Below, one piece after another: positions 44,344 through 58,710 of a stretch of DNA of 64,000 nt (positions are counted from its first letter, which is position 1; each line of letters starts with the position of its first letter). Origin of the DNA: Amoebidium appalachense (taxonomy: Eukaryota; Protista; Ichthyosporea); NCBI GenBank assembly GCA_963693365.1, contig CAVNZM010000011.1, forward strand, positions 620,001 through 684,000, read 5' to 3'. A model generated the notes under the pieces. The model was given only the letters and a program-made list of their open reading frames with translations. It was not told the origin of the DNA and made no database searches. Made by a program: the position numbers and the translations under genes.

Positions 44344-45579
44344 TTGGCTGCAAACGAAAAACTGAATCAGCAGGTTTACAAAATAAGGCAAGGGCTGGCA
44401 GCAAGCCAAGGTCAATGGACGACAGTCAATGGGCAATTGTTTTGTTCAACACACACAAGCAAGTGAGATTCAATCAAGGCCACAAATCCCAAGTGCGGTT
44501 CAGCAGACCGAAGCAAGAGATATGAGAAAACTATAGGCTTTACGTGCTGTAAAGAACAGGCCAAACGTAAGTGTTCAAGCATATACGAGCCAGAAGCCCA
44601 TGTACAGATTTAAGAAGCTCAAGCAAACGTTAACCAGTAGTCAGAAACTGAAGCACAGGCTGTCTATGGTCCAGCAAATTGGTGTTTACCTTTCGAGTGT
44701 GGGCACAAGTTGGGGAGCCTACGTGCCGGCTTCTGGCGAGCTCTGAGGCCGACCGCTGTGGGGAGGCCGCTTCATGCTTTTGGATGTCTCAGGGAGTCTT
44801 ACAAAGTGCGCAAGGGGGCGGAGTTGCATGCACGATGCGTTCGCCCACAAGCGTCGCTCAGTTCAGTCAGTAGCTTGGCACAGCAGCGAGCGCACGAGAA
44901 GTCTTAGGTAGTGCTGCGAGCTACTTAGTCTACCTCGAAGAGTTTAGAGTAGAAAATCGTACTGACTTTGTGGGCCAAGACTTCGCAACCTGTGTTTGAT
45001 TAGAAAGGACCCACATCCTATCGGGCTCCTGTATTCGGCCCTGCAAGCTCGGGGTTAAGTGATTGTGCACGGTCTGTGTTTTTTTTTTTTAAGGAGGGTG
45101 GCGTAAAGAATGGGGATATCACTCGAGTCCAAGTGAACCTCTGTAGCTACTGGCTGATGGTCCGCCCCAGTTATCACGGTCGCCTTAATGCTGCAGTAAA
45201 CAATGCGGGTTGGCTGAATACACTAGCGCATACAATCAATAAGTGATAAGTGCTGTTTGTATAATGGCCATAGCGGCTTGTCACTGCACGTAGCAGGGCC
45301 CTAGCGGTAAAAAACACCACACACAGGCTTCTTAGTGTGACGACAGTGTACACCTAAAGCATGCACACGCGCCGGTCTCAAAAGGGTCTGCGTCTCAGGC
45401 AACAGCGTCTATGAAGGTCTGTGACTGTCCCGAACTTGCCAGTACATACGGAGAAGTGCCATCCACTGTCCCGGTTGGATAGCTCATCATCGGGCAATTA
45501 TTGTGCTGATATTGAACGAATAGAAGCGCTCATAGGCATGAGAAATCTTAGATGAAACAATGAAAAAGGGCACAATTTG

Positions 45580-47350
<1,771 letters not shown>

Positions 47351-48353
47351 TTTTTTCAAACACTCTTTCACATGTACGTGTACAACACTATTCTGACTAG
47401 TACTGCTCGATAGCCCCTCAGTTCTGATGTTTTCTTAGCCTCCTGTTTGTCCAGTGACCTGCCTTCTATGTTTGGAACTTGTTATATTATCACCCTGAAA
47501 GCTTTTACTGTTCAGTTCATTTCGTCACAAGTTTAATAACATACACTCTAGGGATTCCAAAACTTATAGGGTGTCTTTACAGCAGCATTGTGCGGAATTC
47601 TACCTTGGCCTTTGCCAAACAGCTCTAGCTCTCATTCCCCATGGAGGAGACGCATAAGTCGCATTCTTTCATGATTTAGGTTCAGCATGCCTTTTCCGTC
47701 AACACTAAGCCATGCTTTCACCTTTCCATGCAAGTGCTTTGCGAAAATGAGCCAACTTGTAGGCGTTCTGCAGCCACTTAGATGTGCACGTGGCCGTGCC
47801 TTTGACTGTGGGAGGGTACCATTTTTGTGTTCGCATCTTTTATACATTCCCAATGATTTGGGAACGTGATAGTTCCACATGAGTGCAAAGGCAGAATGAG
47901 CCATACGCCGTATAAGCTGTTTGCGCAACAGACCGTCGGCTAAGGTTCTACCCAACCAACACCCAACAAGCACACGCCACAGCTCCCCCCTGTACATAAT
48001 TGTATACTTTTGACTGTCCTTTTTCTTGTGCGCTGTCACAAAGTTTGTTTGCCGGCATCTTTTGTGTGCCTGTCCCGGTTTGTGTGTTCCACTGGCCTCC
48101 CCCTGGTCCACTTCCCCGTCCCTTGCTCTCCCCCCCCCCCCCTCCCCCCCTCCCCACTATCCGGCGTCTTCCACTGCCCAGTCAGTTGTCGCCCACATCT
48201 CTCCCCACTTTATCACATAAGTCTCCCCTCCCCTCTCCCCCTCTCCCCCCCCCCCCCCTCGGTTTCTTTCACGTGACCCCTTCGTTTGCTCAATCCGCCC
48301 CCCCCCCCCCCCTTTTCGTTTCTTTTACGTGCCCCCTTCGAGTTCTCTATTCA

Positions 48354-48390
<37 letters not shown>

Positions 48391-50777
48391 TCTCCGTTTT
48401 CTCTTTCTCCTTCCCCTAACCCCCTGTTTTCCTCCTAGCTGTCTCAACTAGTACACACTCGGAACCCTCCCCCCCCCCCCCCCCCCAAACATACACATAC
48501 ACACACACGGGCACAAGAGAACCCTCCCAAACCTCCCAGCCGTTGTATTCCTCTGGCATCCCTCGCAAAGAAATGCTCACGTCTTTTTGCCCTCCCCCCT
48601 CCCCCCCCCCCCTCCCTCTCCCTCCCCCCCCCCCCCCCCCCCCCCCCCCACACACACCCATCCCCCACCTCACCCCTGTCGTCTCTTTTTCTTCTTCACC
48701 TCTCGAGTCCCCCCCGCGCCCTGCCCCCTCCCCAGACGCAGTTGCATACTCGGTAGGGAATGGGGTGCTGTAAAAACAAATTGGTGCATACATGCCTTAT
48801 CCCAGTGTCCATGGTAGATCAGGATTTCGTACTGTTATCGTGTAACACATTCTCCAACCCCCCTCCCCCCTTCAAACCACCACCACCATCACCACCACCC
48901 ACCCCCACCCACCTCGGTTTTTCCCCTCTCTCTCTTCCCTCTCCCCTCCCCCTCCCCCCCCCCCGCCCTCCCCCCTCTTTCCCCCAACACAGCCCCCCGG
49001 GCCATTCCTCTGTGACCCCCCCCCCCCCCCCCCCACCCCCTCCCTCCCCTCGCCGCTCTCTTCCTCCTCCTTTCCCTCTATACCCTCTTAAACCTCCCAA
49101 AATATCGCTTTCGAAATCCCCCCCCCCACCCCCTACTCTTAGACTAGTTGAGCTGGATCTATTCACAGATCGCCACCAGCGAGAACAGCAAATTCCACAA
49201 CACTTCGAGGGACTGGTCAGAGCACCTCATCAGACAGCAACATCTTCTGCATGCTGGCAGCCGCTTACTGATCTTACTATAAAAAAGAAGCTTATGTATG
49301 CGTACTTACGTGAGACGTAAAAGACAAGCTGGTGTAATAGGCTTTAAAGGGCTAAGATCGACCTGCAAGGTGCCCCCATGCGAGATGTTGGCAGGATACC
49401 AACAGATGCATATGCAGTTAGTCGAAGGGCAACCAGTTGTAAGTGGCTTACAGTGTAGGCATGTATTGGTTTTAACAGTATGCTGAGTTGTTATGTATTG
49501 ACGCATGTACCTTTAAATGTGAAATGTATGTATGTGCTGTTTAAAACACGCAGATGTTTATGGTGTCTTCATGCGTAACCCTTCCTGGTCCCGTGAGCCT
49601 CCCTCCCACCCCCCCCCCCCCCCCCCCCCCCCCCTACACACACACACACACAAACCCGCACTCGGACACACACACGAGGCTCCACTACTGTACGGTTCCT
49701 CCGGCCAAAAACACACACACACACCATCGCGGCACACGAACTAAAACCCCACCCTCCATTACCGCTTCTCCTCATGCACTTTCCCACACCTAACAAAACA
49801 CACACACGTTTTCGCCATTCTAGATGTCATTTCCCCACATCGACACCGACACTACGCACATCACATTTAGAAGAACGAAAAAACACCGTGAGCTCTCTCT
49901 GCAGCCTTCCTACTGAAAGGATAATCGAGTCCTGGGTTCTTGACTTTTCGGTAGAACGGCTGACCGTTTATTCCTTTTGTTGGAGCCACTCAAAAAAAGC
50001 CAGTCATATTCTATTCATAAACTGTAAACAGCACTACATCTAATATAGACTATTACAACTTCTCCCCGAGGCCTTCTAAATAGCGCTCCGAGTGCTATTT
50101 AGGAGGCCTTGCTTCTCCCGTTCCTCGTTTTCCTTCGTTGTGTCTTCCAAAGTTTCCTTTTTAGTTTCGTGGCCCAAGCTGAGAAACCGGGCCAACAGGT
50201 TTAAACATTCTCCGGTTCGGGCCGGATCATGTCTTGAGAATGATATCCCACAGGCCCCGAATCGGGTTTACCGCTGAGAATCCGGGTCAAAATACGCGGT
50301 TGTGCGCTGTAAGAAATAGCCGCTTATTGGATGGTAATCAGGTCAATCCTATTACCGCCCGCGGGGACCCGACTGCAGCATTCTGATTCTTGTCACTCCA
50401 ATGCCGTTCTCTAAATATCTAAAAGTCTGCTGCTGCTGCTTCGCGTAGCGCAGTTTAGAAACTGAATTATCTAGATCGTAGATCGCAATTCTATTGGATA
50501 AGAAATATTTAGGCGAGTTCCAAGGACCAATCGTCTCATCCTAGACATCTGGAAGACCCCCCCCCCCCCCCCCCCCCTTCCAGATGCGCCCATCTGAAAG
50601 AGGGTTGAAATCAATCTAGATTTTATGCAAACTTTACAACTTTAAGAGATTGATTGGATTGCGGAAGTTTTATACGTAAATTCAACAATCTAGATATTAG
50701 TTCAACGCGAAGCGGCTCAATAAAAAAGAAAATGGAGTCAAAAGGTCACATCATGACCACCAAACTTCACACCGCTC

Positions 50778-50829
<52 letters not shown>

Positions 50830-51006
50830 TCAATGGCACGTACTGCTATAGCGCTGCGCCGGACCACACCTGTTACACTGTTTTTGTGTGCCCCCCCCCC
50901 CCCCTCTCCCCCCCCCCCCCCCCCCTTTTTTTTTTTTTACGTTGCAAGCATCGACCTGCGCCAACTATCCCCCCAACCCCGTCCCTATATACCTTCCCTG
51001 CACACA

Positions 51007-51052
<46 letters not shown>

Positions 51053-51622
51053 TGACATCAGATATTATGCATGTGCATCTCGGAAAGCCCACCGTATTCT
51101 GTGGCAGTTCCATAAGATCCATCATACAGTAACAGCATCTACAAGAATGATTTGAAACATAAATATAGTTAAAGATAGTATATATACTGAGCTAGTTAAT
51201 TAATACACTAATATTAGTGAAGAATTATGATAATAATAACAATGATATACCGTAACGGATCCCCACATTACAGTACATTAATTTGTACTTCTCATTGTGC
51301 ACGTGTGTGCCCAGAAAGCCTTCCGTTTCAATACATGAAAAAAAAAACTTAATCGCCGAAGTCAACCACAGTGATCAATAAGTTTCAGATCCCCTTGGCC
51401 CAAGGCATCAACCTCTTCCTGGAAGTGTGAATGAATGCACGTATGTACAACTATGTGTGTGTGTGTTCTGGGACTCTGTCTGCACTTTCCTCTGTGCCGT
51501 ATGGTACGTGCACGAACTTCGTCAAATGGGTGTGCGGGAGAGCGTGGGTCTGTGCCTGCATGCAGTACCGTATGCAAGTGTGTGTTTGGAGCGCTCACTG
51601 AATTGACACACACACATGTTTG

Positions 51623-54600
51623 TAAGTTGTGGCACAATCGTACGGCCACGGTGTGCACAGACCAGGGGCACACTGAGTCTTTCCCTGTTGAAAACGGCCT
51701 GGCCCAAGGGGCTGTCCTCTCCCCATTCTGTGGATTATTTTCTACGATCCAGTTTTGACAGCCATCAAAAGGCACGGCAAGGGGTACACTTTCCACCTAC
51801 CCCCACAGACACAGCACCACACACCGGCACAAACACCCCCGTGTGTGACGTCTGTAGCCTTCGCCGACGACACAACATGGGTTGGCCCCAACAAGGAGAG
51901 CATCCAGCAAACTCTCGACTTATCTGCACCCTTTTTTTTACTACCATGACTTGGAACGACACCCAGACAAGTTTTCAGTCCTCGCCCGTGGTACCCCAAC
52001 ACGGGCGACAGTGGCCCCCCTGCAGTACCGCAAATCCCCGGGAGCACCACCCCTACCCATTCAGATCGAACCCCCCGACGCGCACATCAGAGTGCTAGGG
52101 ATCAACATCACCCTCCAACGACACACCCGGCCCAACGACGGGAAGGCCATGCAGCTGACATTACGGGCCACCACCATACTAGCCCGTAAAATGCTGGCAC
52201 CCAGCCAAGTGATCTACGTGGCCAACAGTGTGGTGGCCCCGGCCATCCTCTTCCTCCTCAAAGGGTCAGTCATCAGCAACACCGCCATGCAGGTAATCGA
52301 CAGCAAGTGGAGAGACCTCCTCCGTCGGAAGTGTGGTTTCCACCGGAGCACTTCGTCCAGGCTGCTACACCATCCCACTCTAGGGGGACTGGCCAGCATC
52401 GTCGAATCAGCAGCCAGCACCATAGTTACGGAGCTGTGTGCCCTGCTGGAAACACCAGGACCAGCAGGGGACGTGGTCCGGTACCGAGCCTGGCAGCAGC
52501 AACACGAGGCAGGCCTACCCTACCCTCCCCTGCAAGCACCCCCAGCCAAACTTTACAGGCTAGGGGAAAAGCAGCTCCACAACTATTGGGCCCATATCAC
52601 GGGGATCCTTCACGAGCGGCACCTGAGTATTGGGGAAACCCCCCCAAAAAAAACACAAGTCCCCCCCCCCCCCCCCCCTCCCCCAAGGAGAAGGAGGGGA
52701 AGCAGCAACAACAACCAGTACCCCTATCAACACCGCTTTCCCGGCGCACCAAAGGATGGCTCCGATCCGGCCGAGCATTGGAGGAAGATACACCATTTTT
52801 CGGCGGCATCTTCCCCCCACCAACAGGCATCACCCCAGATGCTCCACCTACAAGCCAACGAGGAGGCCACACCCTTGCCGGGGGAACGGCCCCGGCCCAC
52901 CACCCCCCCAGCAGCCACCACCGGTAGGGTCACCACCAGGACACAAGTGCACGGCCCACCCGGCTGACCTGCCGAGCCCACCCACTCCCCGTAGGCTCAC
53001 CTACACCGACTTGGTGCCCCAGGCCACCTATGACGAGCGGCAGCAGCAAATCACCCTGCTCACCCCAGACCAACCGATCACCGTTTATACGGACGGCTAG
53101 CCTCATCCACCCGGGCAGTTGGATAGCCCAGGCCGGAGCCGGGGCTGTGCTGGACACCCCGGACCGGAAAGCGCCACCAGTGACCGTCAAGACCAGGCTC
53201 CATACGGCCCTATTATCCACCCAAGCCGAACTCACAGGGGTACTACTAGCCCTCCTGCTCACCCCCACCACCACCCCCATCCACATCAAGCTCGATAACC
53301 TCGGAGTAGTCGACCGATGGGGGGCAAACATGGACCCCACCACACCCCCTCGACGTAAGCTAAAGTTCCGCCACATAGTGGAATGGGCTCACGTACGAGA
53401 CCAACTCTCCCTACGGCAACCAGGCTCTGTACAGGTATCGTGGGTGAAGGGGCACCAATCCAACACCAAACGGTACGGTCAACGGAATAACGAGGCAGAC
53501 AAGGCAGGCAATGCAGGAAGAGCCCTCCCCCTCCCCCCCCCCCCCCCCCCCACCTCCGGCCCCAGGGGGGGGGGGGAATGCTTCCTACGACTACAAGGCC
53601 ACCGTATCCCCGCATTCCCAGTACACTGAACCGGTTGAACAAGGACTTCCTCACCGACATGGCCGGCAAGACCAAGGCTATGTCCATACTAGCCGACCCC
53701 AGACTGCTCCCAGCCGAACGGAACCCCCTCAAGCTCAACAAGGGGCCCGCACAGTCAACCATCGGGGCCGTCAGAGGCAACATTCGTAGCCTGTCCCTGG
53801 CTATGGGCACCCTGCCTACCATGACACGGCTACACCGAGATCACCCCACCGTCGTTACACAGCCCACATGCCCCCGGTGCAGCCAGCACCCTGAGACCAC
53901 CACCCACCTCTGGGCCTGCCCGGCCCATGCCGGGAGGTCCCCACCCTGACCACGGCCATCATCCACAACGTCCTGACACTCGTCATCCAAACACCCCCAC
54001 GGCACAGCACCACCATACGGCAGCCACGGTGGTAGACCAATGTGCATGGATAAACGGAACACAACACTCCCCCCCACCCACCCCAAAATGCAAAAACACC
54101 ACCATATACCCACCACCCGTAGAAAGAAAAGTATGGCTCCCCAAAAACCCAAGACACCCACAAATACACCCCCCACACACACCCGGCCAGCCTGTTCTGA
54201 CTGCCGGAACACACACAGACCCAGTGTGCCCTGTAAAATCCACCTTTTAGTTCACAAAAACATCGCCACAACATACGTACAACAACACATAATGTTAGGC
54301 AGCAACCCCCCACCACCACCACCACCACCCCATCATCCACCCATACCCACCGTAAATACTATACACAACACTTAGGACTTCCCAATACTGTAGATCGACC
54401 AATGAGAGCCATCGGTTAACGTTTATTGCTAGGTTTTGAATGGAGGGGAGGACTGGAGCCTCCTGCCGGCGTGGCTGGGGTAGTAGCCCTGGGCAAAGTG
54501 TGTACTTATAGTTCGGTTGTGAAGGACGGTTTAGCTTAGCTGAACTCATAGATAGCACCTTAACTAGTGTACTGTCGGTGCTGTGTGGTAAACGGTAGTT

Positions 54601-54630
54601 TCCCTAGAGGGCCTGAAAAAAAATAAAAAA
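51623..54630 (+). mobile_element. 5'-truncated, inactivated non-LTR retrotransposon (RT, RNase H, CCHC zinc knuckle)
   Basis: RT motifs FPVENGLAQGAVLSP, AFADD, IRVLGI and HHPTLGGL. RNase H motifs VYTDG(S), QAELTGV, IKLDN, SWVKGH and NNEADKAG. CCHC motif CPRCSQHPETTTHLWAC. A-rich tail at 54616-54630. TSD CACATGTTTG at 51613-51622 and 54631-54640. Several frameshifts. Confidence 0.93.
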
Positions 54631-54732
54631 CACATGTTTGGAAGTGGTCATGTGTGGTGGTGGTTGCAGGCCAATATTTCAGGAAACCTATGTCAGTGTC
54701 CTGTGCATGTACATTCAAGTGTGTTCTTGAGT

Positions 54733-55249
54733 TCATGGGGGGGCTGCAGCAGGTAGTGGGGGGACGAATGGGTGGCTGGCAAGCACACGGTAGTAGTCGT
54801 CTGGTCCATATGGCTCCCCCATCGCACAGAGCTCCACAACCTCAACACGCTGCACAACATTATGTATCAAAGCGATCAGTAAAACAAGACGGTAGAAAAT
54901 TATTAAGGTCACCTAATAGATGGAGTGTTGCTAAATCACACTATGGTATTGTTTCATTGATGTAGCATTCTTCCAATCCGATAGAATAAGCTGTTGCGTT
55001 AGCCAATGCCTACACATGTATCTGGATTGAATCAAGCATTGTGTGCCCGTCAGTGTTGAACGTGTGTGTACGTGTGTGCGAGCGAGTGTGTGAGGGTGTA
55101 TAATTGGGTGTGTAAGCGAGTGAGTGGTGTGCGGGTAATTGTGTGTGCGTCCTCAAATTTCATTGTCTGTGCATGTTCTAAGGTGCGCGCGAGTGCGCGC
55201 ACGCATAGGTGTGTGTGTGTGTGGTGGTGGTGGTGGTGGTGGTGCACGT

Positions 55250-55282
<33 letters not shown>

Positions 55283-55707
55283 TATAAAGCAGTACGGTGG
55301 GGATGGCCTAAAGCAAGAGAACAAGGCATAGAAGTAGAGAGAGATAAAGATCAATTCCTCACAGTAACAGGGGGATCGAGGTAGGTGAGGAGAGGGAGTG
55401 TGCGTATTCAATATATGCAGATACTGAGTATTTGCTCATTTTTCTCCCCCTTCTTTCCCAACGAACATAGTAATTCAAAGCCTCTGAAGCCCGTGCGCTT
55501 GTGTGTGTGTGTGTGTGTGCGCGCGCGTGGGCACATGTCAATGTGCTCATATTTTTTGCTTTGCGTGTGTGTGTGTGGTGGTGGTGATGGTGGTGGCGGT
55601 GGTGTTTGTGTGTGTGTCACTGTTTGTGGGGGGGGGGGGGGTGGGAGGGAGGGAGGGGGCTCGACCTCCCTACTGTGGGGGGGTGGGGGGTTGGTTTTTT
55701 TTTTTTT

Positions 55708-55750
<43 letters not shown>

Positions 55751-56213
55751 GGAGGGGTGCTCGACCTCCCTATTGCTTAGTGGTACACTGCAATTACAAT
55801 TATATGCGTGAGGCTGTGTTTTCTCTTCTCGGCCTAAGGAGCATTAGGGACTCGGGGGAGGAGAAAGGGGAAGATTTCAAAATGATGCAGATAACATGTG
55901 AAACGTGAAGATAAAAGAACATGACTCATGCAACAAAAGGAGAGGTCATCCTAGTGCAGGGGGGGAGAAGGGGACACTGTGTTCCACACTACTAACTTTT
56001 TGGATGGGGTGTGGAAGACATGGGTGAAGAGAGCAAATGGTAATACCTCTGTGTTGAACATGCGCTTTTCGTGTTGCTGGTAGGCCTGCACACCTATGCG
56101 AGTTACAGAGCCCGTGCCCCCCTCTGTGCGGTGGCGGCTCATCTTGGCAACGGTAACGTGTGCAGTGAAATCCTGGGTGGCTGTGGCAATGCTGTGTGCG
56201 TGCACAAGTATTG

Positions 56214-56301
<88 letters not shown>

Positions 56302-56566
56302 TGTGTGTTTGTGTGTGTTCACACACACCTGTTTTCTCTATGCGGAGGGAGGTTGGGGGGGGGGCAAGTGCCAAATTTCTGTTAGCTGCCCCCTGGTTGT
56401 GTTACCCTTTGGTTTATGTTATTCCCATGTTGCTAGATCTTACTTCTTTTCAGCTCTGTGTCAATTATATGGGTCTCTCTTCATTACCTTCATATAGTTA
56501 CTATCCTTGGATTAACCAAATCGACCCCCTTGAAACGTCCAACAACCCGCACAAAACAAACCTACA

Positions 56567-56602
<36 letters not shown>

Positions 56603-57889
56603 TACCAAGGAGGAGAGAGAGAGAGAGAAAGAGGAAGGGGAGAGAGGAGAGAGGGGGGTGAGGGAAACCGGAGGGTGGGGGAAGGGTGGGGCGGAGAGAA
56701 AGAGAGAGAGGGAGGGGGGAGGGGAGAGAGGGAGAAAAGGAGGGTGGGGGCGGAAAGAGAGAATGAGAGTGGGAGATAGTACACCCACCCTGCGGCACGG
56801 AATGCCTCAGTCAGGTCGTGGTAGAGGTTTGTGAGGGTGCGCAGGGCAGGGCTGTCAGCCACACTCATGTACACCACCTGCCCACCGCTAAACGTGCCCA
56901 GGCCCCGCATCTGAAGCTGCAGTGGCACCTTCAATTTCGCCTTTGCCTGCATGGTTTTGAATTCATTAGACCAAAACCGGTCCAACTAACAAGCATGCCC
57001 GTCCCCCCCCCCCCCCCCCCCCCCCCAAAAGAAAACAGCCTGAGTAGTAACAATACAAAAAAAAAAAAGAGGGGGGGGGGGGGGGGGGGGGGCTGAACAA
57101 AACAAACAAACAACAAACAAACAACAAACGAAAAGAAAAAGAAGAAGAAAAAGAAAAAGAAAAAGAAAAAAGAAAAAAAAGTAAAGCGACAAATAAGGAA
57201 GGGGGGGGGGGGGGAGAGAGGGGAGGAGAAGGGAAAGAGAAAGAAAAGGGGGGGGGGGGGGGGATGAGACCCTCTCTCTCCCTCCCTCCTTCCATTCTTG
57301 CCTCCCTCGCCCCTCACTTTCCGTTTTCCAAGCCCTACACATTCCTTCACCCCAGGCAATTGTATCCACTCCATTTGCCGGCTACCCAACTTTTCCTCCT
57401 CCCAACTAGTGAGAAACACAGCGTAGTTTTACGAACAAAACATTTATTTCGATATGGATGCTTTACACCCACCTTCCGAACCATAAACCCGTCCGAATCC
57501 TAGCAGCACCACACCTCCACAGCACACTCTCCAGCACCGCCCACCTTTGTGACCACCTCTTCCAGTATCCTCTTGGCCTCGTCCACCCTCTCCTCCCCTC
57601 CCAGGTCTAGCACCACCAGGGTCAGGTGTGCCCTGTGTGCAGCCACCATGGCTGGCTCCAACCTTGCATAGTGGCCCACCATGGCTGTCTGCACCTGCTT
57701 GATGTTGCGCTGCGTGGCTTCAGACCGCAGGGGCACAGATATGAAGTGTGTGGCCTGGAAGGGGGGAGTCCGTGCATGCCCTCCTGCCCCTCCTCTGCCT
57801 CTTCCGCCTCCTCCCCTCCCTCCTCCCCCCCTTCCACCCCCACGGGGTGTAGCTCCAGGCAGGGGTCGGCCTGGCTCCCAGTTGCTCAT
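54733..57889 (-). CDS. AKAP7-like 2H phosphoesterase (LigT-like fold) with an N-terminal RGG box, 4 coding exons, 254 aa
   Basis: Exons 57545-57889, 56789-56946, 56047-56191 and 54733-54849 splice in frame (765 nt). Motifs THFISVPL, AHLTL, GLGTF...VVY, FTAHVTVAK and VELCAM...DDYY match the AKAP7 2H domain with both HxT motifs intact. Confidence 0.85.
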
Positions 57890-58710
57890 GGTGCCTGCAT
57901 GAAAGATGAGACAAACGACGTGAGGCGCCAAAGTGGATGGTCTCAAAGTTCACAGACACGACGAAGGAGAGCAGGAGACGGGGGTAAGGGAGGTTTGGGG
58001 GAGAGGGTTAGGGGGGGTTGGGGTGGAGTCGGGGGGAGGGGGGGGGGGGGGGGAGGGCGGCCTTGCACATGAACATACAGGCCTTCGTGCTAACCTTATA
58101 CATTCAACACGAACAAGGAGGCCTTTGCTGAGCTACTATGCCAGAAACGTACGGAGGGACGAGGAGGGGATGAGGGGCTGGGTGGCTGCGTCCCCCCCCC
58201 CCCCCCCCCCCCCCTCCTTCCTCCCCCCTCCCCCTCCCCCTGCCCCGCCCCAAACCCCCGGTCCCTACAGATCAAAAAAAAGGCTACTTCCATAAGTTGA
58301 AATAGACACAGTCATATACAAAACCGGTCGGTGCAAAACACGTTAAAAGGTAGGAAAGGGGTGCTGGGTGAGGAAGGGTAGGGCAACAAAAGACTTTGGG
58401 GAGAAAATGCGTTCCATGCACTGGATGTTGGGTACCTGTGTGTGGGGGTATAACGGCACACATCCACGGCAACTTCTGAAGCACACGTACACAATGCGTG
58501 ACACACAAGCACAGGAACAGTTGCAAACTAGCGCATTCATAACATCAGACGGTGTTTCTAATCGTGGACCCGGTAGTGGTGATAGCGGAGGGTTGGGGCG
58601 GGCTCTGAGCGTGGTAGTGGTGAGGATGGGGCTGGGGTGGAGAGGGCACCTCAATAATCAACGTCCGTAGCTGGACAGTGCTGAGGATGTGAAGCGTTAC
58701 AACACTCACG

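Noticed and set aside
53098-53100. TAG after YTDG as programmed readthrough in the LINE
   Set aside because: It is better explained as a 1-nt insertion (GGC-T-AGC-CTC) in a copy that has other frameshifts.
55946-56046. ORF-track C-terminus of the 2H protein (VLPFALFTHV...)
   Set aside because: A donor at 56046 splices to exon 54733-54849, which supplies the conserved LCAM...DDYY motif.
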